Assembly: GCA_963668355.1 (NCBI GenBank)
Contig: OY764265.1
Coordinates: 2,432,001 to 2,496,000 of the forward strand
Reading direction: 5' to 3'
DNA from: Bdellovibrionota bacterium
GTDB lineage: Bacteria; Bdellovibrionota_G; JALEGL01; DATDPG01
DNA: 64,000 nucleotides
The notes beneath the pieces were generated by a model that worked only from the letters and a program-made list of their open reading frames with translations, was not told the DNA's origin and did not search any database. Shown in pieces: positions 18,453 to 28,118 of this stretch (position 1 is its first letter; each line of letters opens with the position of its first letter). The translations under genes and the position numbers were made by a program.

Positions 18453-18656
18453 TTAGGGAACAGGGCGATTGAGGAGAACCCGATCTTCCTCAATTTTGTT
18501 TTTCATCTCCATTCGCAATTGTTCATCCAATGTGGACGGTTCCCCATTTAGGGAAACTCCAGACAAAAGGCTGGTGGAGGCAAGAACAACGATGAAAAAC
18601 ATCCAAACCACAACGAGATACTCCAAGAGGGTTTGTCCTGTTTCCTGATTTTTCAC
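18453..18656 (-). CDS. Small Flp/TadE-like prepilin
   Basis: ETGQTLLEYLVVVWMFFIVV prepilin motif; GTG start. Confidence 0.7.
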   Translation of the reverse strand: MKNQETGQTLLEYLVVVWMFFIVVLASTSLLSGVSLNGEPSTLDEQLRMEMKNKIEEDRVLLNRPVP

Positions 18657-18669
18657 AAACGCAGACTTC

Positions 18670-18684
18670 GCAATCTTGATGCCA
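18670..18684 (-). promoter_or_regulatory. Sigma54 promoter of the pilin pair
   Basis: Minus strand reads TGGCAT-CAAGA-TTGC. Confidence 0.75.
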
Positions 18685-18801
18685 AGCGTAAGAGGCTAAA
18701 TTTAAGGGGTTTCCGAAAGCGGTGGTTCGATTTTCGGACGACGTTGACCAGATTTCGGCCACGGGCAATAATACACACACATTTTTTCGATCGAGGCGGA
18801 T

Positions 18802-19890
18802 ATGCAGATACTTTTGGTTGAATCAGATTCGGGTAGGACGCAAGAACTCACTTCGGTGTTTACGGACCTAAATTACGAGGTTCTTCATTTGGGGTCCCAA
18901 AAAGGGGCCAAGGAGGCTTGTGAAACGCGCGATGTCCGCGTCGTGTTGGCATCAGTAGATGGCGAAGCCAATGGATTTGAACTCTGTGCGGAGCTGAAAA
19001 AAGAAAAAAAGACCCAAGGGTTGCCGGTGGTCTTGATGGGGCAGGCGCCCGATGCAAAGGAACGCTTCTTAGCCTTTGAAAAGAAGGGGGGGCAGGTTGA
19101 GGCCTTTATTCAAGTTCCCACCCCCTCGGAAGACATTGTGGACCATGTAGAGACGCTCATCGGTTTGCCGGAACCTCCAGAAGCTCTTGGGGCGTCTGAA
19201 CTCAGCTTTCCGGGAAGTGAATCACTGTCTGTGGCTCCGGACGGAGAGGTGTTGGAGCTTCGAAGAGAAGTGGAATCTTTGCAAGAGCAGATCAATTTTT
19301 ATCAAAAACAACTCGAACAATTGTCCATGAGTGGAGAGAAGGAAAGCCATGAAATGGACAATGTCCTGCATGAACTTCAAGAAGATTTGGAAAAGGAACA
19401 AAAAGCTAAATCGGCGCTTCAAGATGAATTGACTCTGTTGAAATCGGACCTTCAAGGCAAGGATCAGGAAGCGCAAGAGAACGAAACCAAGAGGCTCCAA
19501 GCCCAAGAGGCTCTAAAAAAAGAGACGGAGCGTTTAAATGGCGAATTAGAAGCTCTCCGGGCGACCTTCAATGAAAGCAATGAGAAACACAAAAAAGCTC
19601 AAGCGGCTCTTCGGGAATATTATAAGCCCAAAGTGGCCAAGATGAAGAAGCTCCAAAAGACCGTATCGAGTTTGGAAGAGAGCATTTCTGAAAACGCCGA
19701 GAAGATTAAGGCCTTAAAGGCGAGGGCGGAGGACGCCGAAAAAGAAGTCGAAAGCTTAAAGAGTTCGGCTGAAGAAGCCCAGGAACTCCAAAAAGAAGTG
19801 GAAGAGCTTCGCGCCGAAGTTCTGGAAGAACGAGAAAAGTCACAGAAAGCCAAGGATGCCTTAAAGAAGTTAAAGGAAGTCTTTGAATGA
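18802..19890 (+). CDS. FrzS-like atypical receiver + long coiled-coil protein
   Basis: ILLVESD, VVLASVD, NGFELCAELKK and LIGLPE resemble the Myxococcus FrzS pseudo-receiver; roughly 210 aa Glu/Lys-rich coiled coil. Confidence 0.7.
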   Translation: MQILLVESDSGRTQELTSVFTDLNYEVLHLGSQKGAKEACETRDVRVVLASVDGEANGFELCAELKKEKKTQGLPVVLMGQAPDAKERFLAFEKKGGQVEAFIQVPTPSEDIVDHVETLIGLPEPPEALGASELSFPGSESLSVAPDGEVLELRREVESLQEQINFYQKQLEQLSMSGEKESHEMDNVLHELQEDLEKEQKAKSALQDELTLLKSDLQGKDQEAQENETKRLQAQEALKKETERLNGELEALRATFNESNEKHKKAQAALREYYKPKVAKMKKLQKTVSSLEESISENAEKIKALKARAEDAEKEVESLKSSAEEAQELQKEVEELRAEVLEEREKSQKAKDALKKLKEVFE

Positions 19891-20192
19891 GTTTGTTTCA
19901 GTATCATATTTTTGTTTGTGAGCACGAGAGAGAGCCGAATCATCCCAAAGGGTCATGCAAGGGACGAGGCTCTGCGGCTCTTTTAGATGCTTTTCGAGAG
20001 GAAGTGAGCCGAATGGGTTTGGCACCTGTCTGTCGTGTGAACAAGGCGGGATGTTTGGGGCTTTGTCGAGTCGGTCCGACCGTGGTCATTTATCCCCAAG
20101 GAATATGGTATGGCGGGGTTGCGCCGGAAGATGTTCCTGAAATTGTCAAAGCGTTATCTCAGGGAGAGGTCGTTGAACGGTTGAAAGCCTAA
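19887..20192 (+). CDS. Thioredoxin-like [2Fe-2S] ferredoxin
   Basis: HIFVC...GSC...AGCLGLCRVGPTVVIYPQGIWY. Confidence 0.92.
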   Translation: MSLFQYHIFVCEHEREPNHPKGSCKGRGSAALLDAFREEVSRMGLAPVCRVNKAGCLGLCRVGPTVVIYPQGIWYGGVAPEDVPEIVKALSQGEVVERLKA

Positions 20193-20201
20193 AGAGACTT
20201 T

Positions 20202-21263
20202 TTACTTTCGTTTTTGGTTGTAGAGTTCCTTGGCCAGTTTTTGAAGTTGGCTGGACACATTCTTGTTCTTCGCAATTTTTTGCAGGTCACTGATGTGTAA
20301 AACGCGCACAAATTTGAGGGCTACGGGAAAAGGGGTCTTGGGATTATTGGCCAGGGCTACTTGCAGCGTATAGTTTCGGGTCCAATCGGGGGTGCGTGCA
20401 ATAATGCGAATGACCTCATCGTTCACACTTCGCATCTGTGCGATGGCTAAAATTTCTTGTTCGGTGATTTTGGGGCTTTTCACTACGGAAGAAGAAACGA
20501 TTTTATTGGAATCTTTGATGAGCAGTCCTCTGGCCTCTTTGTTTCCTTTCAGAGCCAATTTGACCTTTTCCGATACAGTGAGGTTCTGGACGAGTTGATA
20601 GAGCGATTGTTTTTTCTGCTCGACTTCGGGATCGTCCTCGTCCATTTCCTCCACGAGGGTTTCAGGTAAGGACTCGGGACCTGTGGGTTCTTCTGCCTGA
20701 AGGATGGCGTTGATTTCATCCCTCGTAAGTTCGGGAGATTCCCCTTGGAGATTGACTCCGTTGATACGAAGAAACGACACCATCGTATCCAAAGTAGATT
20801 TAAGAGCGTTTGGATTCTTCTTAAGTTTCTCGGCAATGGCCGGACTTCGAAGCAAGCGAACCTGGTTTTGGGCAATCATGTTCGCATGTCGCTCATTGGT
20901 TCTCTCGGCCAAAAATAGAAATGTGTCGTCTGTCGTCGAACGGTTAAGGAGAATGTTTTCAATGATGCTTTCGTGATCGGTTTTTTCTTTGGCAAAGAAG
21001 TCCAGCGTTTTGGGATGGGCTTGGCCTTTGACGATTCCTTCGATCATATTGTCGGGCATTTCCAGGAGACTCTTTTGGGCGGCTTCTCGAATTTCCTCAT
21101 CCGCATCCCCGAGAAAAAACGTAAGGGCCGTGGCCAATACTGGCGGTTGCATAGGGACTAGCCCCTTAGCAGCCATCATGCGGGCGCTCTTGGGAGCATC
21201 GGGTTTTAAATACTTTTCGATGGAAGGGGGAATTTTAATTTTGTTGGCAGGGGAAGTGGACAA
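20202..21263 (-). CDS. Conserved hypothetical helical-repeat protein
   Basis: Long ORF with ARMMAAKGLVP, EKVKLALKGNKEARGLL and ALANNPKTP; function unknown. Confidence 0.75.
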   Translation of the reverse strand: MSTSPANKIKIPPSIEKYLKPDAPKSARMMAAKGLVPMQPPVLATALTFFLGDADEEIREAAQKSLLEMPDNMIEGIVKGQAHPKTLDFFAKEKTDHESIIENILLNRSTTDDTFLFLAERTNERHANMIAQNQVRLLRSPAIAEKLKKNPNALKSTLDTMVSFLRINGVNLQGESPELTRDEINAILQAEEPTGPESLPETLVEEMDEDDPEVEQKKQSLYQLVQNLTVSEKVKLALKGNKEARGLLIKDSNKIVSSSVVKSPKITEQEILAIAQMRSVNDEVIRIIARTPDWTRNYTLQVALANNPKTPFPVALKFVRVLHISDLQKIAKNKNVSSQLQKLAKELYNQKRK

Positions 21264-21279
21264 AGCAGAATCCCTTAAC

Positions 21280-21753
21280 TCAACTGGGTTTCGTGTTCTT
21301 TTTGTAGGTCCACTGTCCGAGTTTTTTATTGAGCCAATGGTCTCGACTCAAAAATCGAAGCGTGGGTTTTCGGCGAAAGCCCAATTTTGACCATTCATTG
21401 AGAATCTTTCGATTTCCTTTGTCGATTTGGAGGCCTTTGGCAAATGCGCCAATGGCCGCGCGTTTATTGTTTTGCAGAAGATAAACCACCCCGATGTTTC
21501 GATAAAATAGGGCATCCGGAATTTGGCTATCGATCGCCATTCGACAAAACTCCAGGGCTCGGGCCACTCTTTTTTCGACAAGCCCCGTCGTATAACCGAG
21601 CCAAGAGTGAATCTTTGCGCTATTGGGGTCCAGTTCGTGCGCTCTCAAAAACTCTTTGTGAGCCTCCTCAAATTCCTTCTCTTCGCAAAGATCAATGCCA
21701 TGCTGACAGATCTGATCAGCTTCCCGTTCCTGTTCTCCCAAAATTTCAACCAT
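21280..21753 (-). CDS. Tetratricopeptide-repeat protein
   Basis: TPR-like helices (FLRAHELDPNSA; FYRNIGVVYL...AFAKGLQID). Confidence 0.8.
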   Translation of the reverse strand: MVEILGEQEREADQICQHGIDLCEEKEFEEAHKEFLRAHELDPNSAKIHSWLGYTTGLVEKRVARALEFCRMAIDSQIPDALFYRNIGVVYLLQNNKRAAIGAFAKGLQIDKGNRKILNEWSKLGFRRKPTLRFLSRDHWLNKKLGQWTYKKNTKPS

Positions 21754-21824
21754 GGTTAACTAATAGGAATTACAGGCTTTTGCTTGTTTGTCAATTCTCA
21801 ATCCGTTCTTTGGCGGGAGGGGGG

Positions 21825-22610
21825 CTAGGCAGGGAGAACTCTTCGGATCTCACCCGAGCGAAACGCCCGTTGTTTTCCAGGAGAAATTTCCAACTGGAGG
21901 GAGCCGTCGGGATTGATGTTGCGCACGGTCCCTTTCACGGGGGCCGGGTCGAGCTGGATGAAGACGGTTTGATTTTGAAAAGCCAGATCTTGATTTAAGG
22001 CGTGTAAAAATGTCGACTCTTGGCCCAAGCGGAGGGCCTCCAGATTCGACTCAAATACATTCAAAAAAGCCGTCAGAAGGACGTCTCTCTCAATGTGGTA
22101 GCCTCGGGCCTCCAGAGTTGTGGCTGGAAAGATGAATTCAGATGGAATATTTTCGGGAAGACCCTGGAGGTTGACCCCTATTCCTAAAATGATCACGGGG
22201 GCATCCGTTCCTGAAAATAACTCGGCTAAAATCCCGGCATATTTCTGCCCTTCCAAGAGAAGGTCATTGGGCCACTTGATCTGTAGGTCCAAAACGCCCA
22301 TTTGTTTTAAAACTCGATGCATGGCTTGGGCAGCGGCCAATGTGCATAGAGGCAGTTTCTTCGGCGAAATGGCGGGTCGAAGAAGAATGGATGCCAGGAG
22401 TTGGTGGCCGGGAAGGGTTTGCCAAAGCCTTCCGGATCGTCCCTTTCCCTGCGTTTGTGTGTCTGCCAGAATCGTCGTCCCGTGATTCATGTTTTGACGT
22501 TCTTGTTTCAAGACGTCCTGAGTGCTCGTTGTTTTTGAAATGAAATAGGTGGGACGACCCAGTACTTTCGTTTTAAGGCCCTCCAGTTTCATCTCTTTCA
22601 AAGAGGTCAT
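21825..22610 (-). CDS. birA: Biotin-[acetyl-CoA carboxylase] ligase (no HTH)
   Basis: QTQGKGRSGRLW, IKWPNDL, KYAGIL and LGIGVN motifs. Confidence 0.93.
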   Translation of the reverse strand: MTSLKEMKLEGLKTKVLGRPTYFISKTTSTQDVLKQERQNMNHGTTILADTQTQGKGRSGRLWQTLPGHQLLASILLRPAISPKKLPLCTLAAAQAMHRVLKQMGVLDLQIKWPNDLLLEGQKYAGILAELFSGTDAPVIILGIGVNLQGLPENIPSEFIFPATTLEARGYHIERDVLLTAFLNVFESNLEALRLGQESTFLHALNQDLAFQNQTVFIQLDPAPVKGTVRNINPDGSLQLEISPGKQRAFRSGEIRRVLPA

Positions 22611-25271
22611 TTACGTTTGAAGGGAGGCAATGGAGGACTTCAGCTTTTGCACCTTTTCTTTTGCAGTGACCAATTTGGCTTCATCTTTTGCCACAATTTT
22701 TTCTGGCGCTTTGGATCGATATTTCGGATCCGCCAAACGCTTTTCAAGAAAGACCTGGTCTTTTTCGGCCTTTCCGAGCTCTTTTTGGAGTCGGTCAATC
22801 TCCGCTTGCGTATCCACTAGACCCGTCAGAGGAATTTCAATTTCCAGATCTCCCGCCAAACCGAGGGCGGTGGGGCCAGAAACTTTGGTTTGAGCAAAAG
22901 CAACGGATTCCAATCTTCCTAGGGCTTTTAAATAGCCCTCATATTTTTCTGCGATGTTCAATGCGTCCGGACGTTTTCCTTCAGCCAGGTGGATATGTGC
23001 CGAGACAAACTTGCTCGGAGGAATTTGGTTTTCCGAGCGGATGTTTCGAATGGCATCGACGGTTTGGGAAAGAACCGAAAACTCGTCCTTAGCCTCCTTG
23101 GAAACATATCCATCATGTTTGGGGTAGGGGCACAACATGATCGTTTTAGATTTTTTCTCGATGGGCAGTCGCTGCCAGAGTTCTTCGGTTACAAAGGGCG
23201 TGAGGGGATGCATGAGTCGAAGAATATGATCCAAGACGTGGATCATCGTGGACTCACACTCCATTCGAGTTTCGAGATTGGCACCTTCTTTGAAATGTGG
23301 CTTGACGAGTTCGAGATACCAGTCACAGAATTCATGCCAAGTGAATTGATATAAGGCCTCAGCAGCATCGCTGAAACGCATTTCTTCAATTCCGGAACGC
23401 ACGCTTTCGATCACTTCGTTCAATCGTGTTCGGACCCATCGATTTGGGAATGCATGTGGCGTGGGAGGGGTGTCGGAATAATGTTCCTGGCTCAAGTTGC
23501 TGAAGGCAAAGCGAGCCGCATTCCACAATTTCGTGATGAAATTTCGATACCCTTCAATTCGTTTCTCCGAAAGGGCGATGTCCCTTCCTTGTACCGCGAA
23601 CGAGGTGAGGGCAAATCGAAACGCATCCGTTCCATATTGATCCATGATCTGAAGTGGATCCACTACATTGCCCTTCGACTTGGACATTTTTTGGCCCTTT
23701 TCATCCCGAACAAGTGCATGAATGTGGACGGTTTTGAAAGGAACCTCTTCCATGAACTTCAATCCCATCATCATCATGCGGGCCACCCAGAAAAAGATGA
23801 TGTCAAAACCGGTGATTAACACCGAGGTTGGATAAAACTTCTTCACATCTGGAGTTTGCTCAGGCCACCCCAGCGTTGAAAAAGGCCAGAGGCCGGATGA
23901 AAACCAGGTGTCCAGAACGTCTGGATCTTGTTCGATGTTTTTGGATTTGCAGGCCTGACATTCGGTGGCGTCTTCTTGAGTTACGGTGAGTTCGTTGCAA
24001 TCTTTGCAATACCAAACCGGAATGCGATGTCCCCACCATAATTGCCTGGAAATGCACCAATCCCGGATATTGTCCATCCAATCCAGATAGGTTTTGCTCC
24101 AATTTTCCGGAACAAACTTCATTTTTCCCGAACGAACCGCATCCGCTGCGGGTTTCGCGAGGGATTCGATTTTCACAAACCATTGTTTTGAGATCCGGGG
24201 TTCGACCACGGCCTTGCATCGTTGACAGTGTCCTACAGCGTGTTTGTGAGGTTCTTCTTTTTGAAACAATCCTTTTTCTTTCAGATCTTGAACCACTTTT
24301 TTTCGCGCTTCTTGGACGGAGAGGCCAGCGTAGATATCTGCCTCCGAGGACATAAATCCTTTTTCATCAATGACCGTGATGAAGTCGAGTTTGTGTCTCA
24401 ATCCCATGTCATAGTCGTTTGGGTCGTGGGATGGAGTGACTTTTACAGCTCCGGTACCGAATTTCGGATCCACAAACGCATCGGCGATGATGGGAAACTC
24501 TCTTTTCAAGAGCGGGTGCTTGACGGTTTTTCCGACAATGTCTCGATAGCGATCGTCGTCCGGATGTACGGCAATGGCTGTGTCTCCAAGCATGGTTTCG
24601 GGCCGTGTTGTGGCTACCGTGAGTTTTCTTCCATCGGACAAAGGGTAGTCAAAATGAGTGAGTTTGCCATCCACTTCATGATGTTCCACTTCCAAATCGG
24701 AAAGGGCGGTGTGACAACGGGGGCACCAGCTGATGAGATACGTCGAACGGTAAATGAGGTTTTCATTATATAACCGAACAAAAACCGTTCGAACCGCTTT
24801 GGAGAGACCCTCATCGAGGGTGAATCGCTGGCGACTCCAGTCGCACGAGGAACCCAAACGTCGGAGTTGATGAACGATGTGTCCACCATATTTTTTCTTC
24901 CACTCCCAGACATTCTCGACGAATTTTTCACGTCCCAATTCATGTCGATTCGTTCCTTTTTCTTTTAAAAACCGTTCGACCACATTCTGAGTCGCGATTC
25001 CGGCGTGATCGGTTCCGGGAACCCATAGGGCAGCAAAGCCGTCCATGCGTTTAAAACGGATGAGTATATCTTGAAGTGTATTATCCAGCGCATGCCCCAT
25101 ATGGAGCGAGCCCGTTACATTGGGGGGAGGGATGACGATCGTGAACGGTTCTCGATCATCCTCTGCCTTCACGTGGAAATAGTTGGATTTCTCCCAATGT
25201 TCATACCAGCGTTCTTCAATGTTCGCAGGTTGATACGCCTTCGCTAATTCTGTGTTGTCACTCACTCGCAA
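22611..25271 (-). CDS. valS: Valine-tRNA ligase
   Basis: PPPNVTGSLHMGH, DWCISRQLWWGH and KMSKS motifs; C-terminal coiled coil; start may be GTG 25265. Confidence 0.98.
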   Translation of the reverse strand: MRVSDNTELAKAYQPANIEERWYEHWEKSNYFHVKAEDDREPFTIVIPPPNVTGSLHMGHALDNTLQDILIRFKRMDGFAALWVPGTDHAGIATQNVVERFLKEKGTNRHELGREKFVENVWEWKKKYGGHIVHQLRRLGSSCDWSRQRFTLDEGLSKAVRTVFVRLYNENLIYRSTYLISWCPRCHTALSDLEVEHHEVDGKLTHFDYPLSDGRKLTVATTRPETMLGDTAIAVHPDDDRYRDIVGKTVKHPLLKREFPIIADAFVDPKFGTGAVKVTPSHDPNDYDMGLRHKLDFITVIDEKGFMSSEADIYAGLSVQEARKKVVQDLKEKGLFQKEEPHKHAVGHCQRCKAVVEPRISKQWFVKIESLAKPAADAVRSGKMKFVPENWSKTYLDWMDNIRDWCISRQLWWGHRIPVWYCKDCNELTVTQEDATECQACKSKNIEQDPDVLDTWFSSGLWPFSTLGWPEQTPDVKKFYPTSVLITGFDIIFFWVARMMMMGLKFMEEVPFKTVHIHALVRDEKGQKMSKSKGNVVDPLQIMDQYGTDAFRFALTSFAVQGRDIALSEKRIEGYRNFITKLWNAARFAFSNLSQEHYSDTPPTPHAFPNRWVRTRLNEVIESVRSGIEEMRFSDAAEALYQFTWHEFCDWYLELVKPHFKEGANLETRMECESTMIHVLDHILRLMHPLTPFVTEELWQRLPIEKKSKTIMLCPYPKHDGYVSKEAKDEFSVLSQTVDAIRNIRSENQIPPSKFVSAHIHLAEGKRPDALNIAEKYEGYLKALGRLESVAFAQTKVSGPTALGLAGDLEIEIPLTGLVDTQAEIDRLQKELGKAEKDQVFLEKRLADPKYRSKAPEKIVAKDEAKLVTAKEKVQKLKSSIASLQT

Positions 25272-25280
25272 TCCTCACAT

Positions 25281-25308
25281 AAAACGAGCCCTCTCGGGTG
25301 GCTCGTTT
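25281..25308 (-). terminator. Hairpin / putative intrinsic terminator between romR-like and valS
   Basis: AAACGAGCC...GGCTCGTTT inverted repeat ending in a short T run on the minus strand. Confidence 0.5.
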
Positions 25309-25352
25309 GCCATAGCTTCGAACTTTGCTTAGTTATTCAACCACTTCGAAAG

Positions 25353-26741
25353 TTACGATGAATTCTTTGTCAGCCGTTCGAGCTCTTCCTTGATAATCGT
25401 TTCAGCCAAGTCGGGAACCACTTCCCAAGCGATTCGCTCTATTACCTGACGAAAGACCTTTGTGACAACCTCTTCGACTTGATCGGGGGATAATTCCACC
25501 GGTTTTGTTTCAACGCTTGGAGAAGCTGCTTCTGCAAGCGTTTCGATGGGGATGGAGTCTTCTGCGGTCGCTGGAGCCGGAGGTTCGATTTCCAACGGTT
25601 CTGAAGCGAATTCGGTTGAAGGCTCTTCCGCAAAGGAGGGTTCTTCATCCATGGGAGGCATTTCACCAAAGGAAATTTCAACACCCTCCTCAGGAACGGG
25701 TTCGGGAGTTGGGGCGGTTTCCGTCTGGGGAATGGCGGCCTCCGGCTGTTCGGATGGAGCGTCAAAACTGACGGTGGGTTCGGAAGCGCCCTCATCCGTC
25801 ACATCAAAGCCAAAATCGACTTCAGGTTCGATCATGGGTGTCTCGGTTTGGGGTGCAGAGGCGGGCGTTTCCACAGCTGTTTCCTCGCTGAAATCCCAGA
25901 ACTCACCTTCATTGGCTGCTTCTGCAGGAGTTTGAAGCGGTTCTGAAGCAGCTAGTGGCTCAGAGGGAGCGATGGGCTCCGGAGCTGGAGTTTCGGGCAG
26001 AGAAGGCGCGGGCGTTTCGCTAACTTTCGTGTCACTTTCCGGCGCATCTTCAAATGAAAAATCAAACACATCCTCGGCGGGTTCGAGAGGTTCTTCTGCG
26101 ACGGGCGCGGCAGTCGCCTCAGCCGGAGCTGGAGGTTCAATATCTAACATGGGCGCATCCCTCATGGGCTCCGGTTGGTCCGGGACAGCGGGTTCTGGAG
26201 ATGGTTGAGCTTGAGGTGCTTGTCCCGCAATGGTCGAAGCTGGAGAAGGAACAGGATCGGGCAACGGAGGTGCGGGTTGTTGAGCCGGGGGTTGTGGAGG
26301 GGAAGATACTGCCGTTTCCACTTGGGATGGAGGAACTGGGGCTTCCGCAGGTTGGGAAGGTGAAGCCACCGCTTGGCCGGATAGAAGGGTGTTGACTCGT
26401 TCAATCAGCGCTTGGGATTCAAAAGGTTTGATGACGTAGCCGTCTGCCTTTACGGCTTGTCCTTTCGCTTCGTCGTAGGCTTCATGTGTGCCCACCAAAA
26501 GAAGAACCGGCGTGGTTCCCAACTGGGGATCGTTTTTCACGGCTTCACAAACGGCATACCCGTCTCGTTTCGGAATTCCGGTGTGAACGAGAAGACAATC
26601 GGGTTTCATTTGCCGAACGCGGGAAAGTGCTTCTTCCCCATCGTTGGCATAGGCAACCTTGAAATCCTCTTGCGCAAATGTGATTCCAACAGATTTTTGG
26701 ATAACGATACTTTTGTCAGCAACTAATAGTGTTCTTGCCAC
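25353..26741 (-). CDS. romR: RomR-like polarity response regulator (receiver, Pro/Glu-rich linker, C-terminal helix)
   Basis: Receiver with KPFESQAL; C-terminal VIERIAWEVVPDLAETIIKEELERL matches the RomR C-domain; adjacent to valS. Confidence 0.82.
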   Translation of the reverse strand: MARTLLVADKSIVIQKSVGITFAQEDFKVAYANDGEEALSRVRQMKPDCLLVHTGIPKRDGYAVCEAVKNDPQLGTTPVLLLVGTHEAYDEAKGQAVKADGYVIKPFESQALIERVNTLLSGQAVASPSQPAEAPVPPSQVETAVSSPPQPPAQQPAPPLPDPVPSPASTIAGQAPQAQPSPEPAVPDQPEPMRDAPMLDIEPPAPAEATAAPVAEEPLEPAEDVFDFSFEDAPESDTKVSETPAPSLPETPAPEPIAPSEPLAASEPLQTPAEAANEGEFWDFSEETAVETPASAPQTETPMIEPEVDFGFDVTDEGASEPTVSFDAPSEQPEAAIPQTETAPTPEPVPEEGVEISFGEMPPMDEEPSFAEEPSTEFASEPLEIEPPAPATAEDSIPIETLAEAASPSVETKPVELSPDQVEEVVTKVFRQVIERIAWEVVPDLAETIIKEELERLTKNSS

Positions 26742-27052
26742 GTGTAACCTCGGAAGTTATTGAAAGTACAGTCAAAGTATTTCGATGACCCGAGGAAAAG
26801 TCAAGCGAAGGAGTTTCGAACATGGAGATTTTTCTCAACGTGGAAAGCAGGAAGGAGGCAAGGTCTGGACGAAAGGAATACGTCAGGGGAGGGAACCTCC
26901 CCTCCCACACACACTTTCGCTCAGACCTTGCCTTCTTTCGGGTTTTTGGAGGAACAAACTCTACGGCTCTCCTTGGAAAAAGAAAAAAAGAAGACGAAGG
27001 ATTTTGCCTTTTTGGTTGCAAAAGTTTCTGTAAAGAGGATTCTGCGGGGCTC

Positions 27053-27637
27053 ATGGGCAGGATTCGCATCATCAGCGGACAGTTTGGCGGGCGTTGGATC
27101 TCCGGGCCTCCGTCTGGGGTGGAAGTTCGTCCGATGTTCAATCGCGTGAAAGAGTCTTTGTTCAATATTTTGCGGGAGGAGATTCCTGGGAAAAAAGTCC
27201 TGGATTTGTGTGCGGGAACGGGATCGATTGGCATCGAAGCGTTAAGTCATGGGGCCGAGTCCGTTTTGTTTGTTGAAAAAGAACGGCGAAATATTTCTGT
27301 CATTCATGACAATTTGGCATCATTAAACATTCAGAAAAAGGCCAATATTCTCCAGGGAGAATTGCCCCAGGTTTTGACCAAACTCAAAGGGACGTTTGAT
27401 CTGGTATTTATTGATCCTCCCTTTCGCTCTGATGTGGTTTTTTCAATTTTGCCGGTTCTTTTGAAACAACGCTTGCTATTGGCGGAATCTTTGCTTGTGG
27501 TACAACGAGCCCGAAACGATCGAGAAGTGGTTTCTGAGAACTATGTTCTCACAAGGAAACATGAGATTGGAGATTCGGAACTTTTTTTCTTATCTCCGGA
27601 ACTCAGCTCGATCTTGAAGGAGAAAGAAAATGAGTAA
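27053..27637 (+). CDS. rsmD: 16S rRNA (guanine966-N2)-methyltransferase
   Basis: RIISGQFGGR, RVKESLFNIL, LDLCAGTGSIGIEALS and FIDPPF motifs; upstream of coaD. Confidence 0.92.
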   Translation: MGRIRIISGQFGGRWISGPPSGVEVRPMFNRVKESLFNILREEIPGKKVLDLCAGTGSIGIEALSHGAESVLFVEKERRNISVIHDNLASLNIQKKANILQGELPQVLTKLKGTFDLVFIDPPFRSDVVFSILPVLLKQRLLLAESLLVVQRARNDREVVSENYVLTRKHEIGDSELFFLSPELSSILKEKENE

Positions 27638-28118
27638 GAACGTGGTCATCTACCCCGGCCATTTTGATCCATTTACGTTGGGGCATCTAAACATTGTGCA
27701 GCGTGCGTGTCGCGTGTTTGGAAGGGTAGTTGTGGCCGTTGCTGAAGAATCTCCGAAGAAGGCCATGTTTTCTACGGAAGAGCGATTCAGCATGGTGCAG
27801 GAAATTTTTCAAACCAACGAATCCGTTGAAGTCGAACTTTTACAAGGTCTTTTGGTGGACTATTTCAAAGAGAGAGAGGGGGGCATTTTGTTGCGCGGAA
27901 TTCGAACGGTTTCGGATTTCGAATACGAATATCAAATGGCCTTGGCTAACAAGACCCTCGACCCTCGTGTTGAAACCGTATTCATGATGACCGACGGTGC
28001 GTATTCCTATTTGAGTTCAAGTGTCATCAAAGAAATTGCACGTTTGGGCGGAGATGTTCGCCAAATGGTTCCAGCCAATGTGCTCAAACAAGTGGAGAAA
28101 AAATATGGAATTAAATAA
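27630..28118 (+). CDS. coaD: Phosphopantetheine adenylyltransferase
   Basis: YPGHFDPFTLGH, RGIRTVSDFEYE and SSSVIKE motifs. Confidence 0.95.
   Translation: MSKNVVIYPGHFDPFTLGHLNIVQRACRVFGRVVVAVAEESPKKAMFSTEERFSMVQEIFQTNESVEVELLQGLLVDYFKEREGGILLRGIRTVSDFEYEYQMALANKTLDPRVETVFMMTDGAYSYLSSSVIKEIARLGGDVRQMVPANVLKQVEKKYGIK

Noticed and set aside
25330..25341. 12-bp reverse-complement match (TAGTTATTCAAC) to the start of the 40800 repeat
   Set aside because: Similarity does not clearly extend; insufficient to call a third copy.
26822..27052. 77-aa N-terminal extension of RsmD
   Set aside because: Family similarity begins at MGRIRIISG (27053); the upstream part is probably the divergent promoter region.
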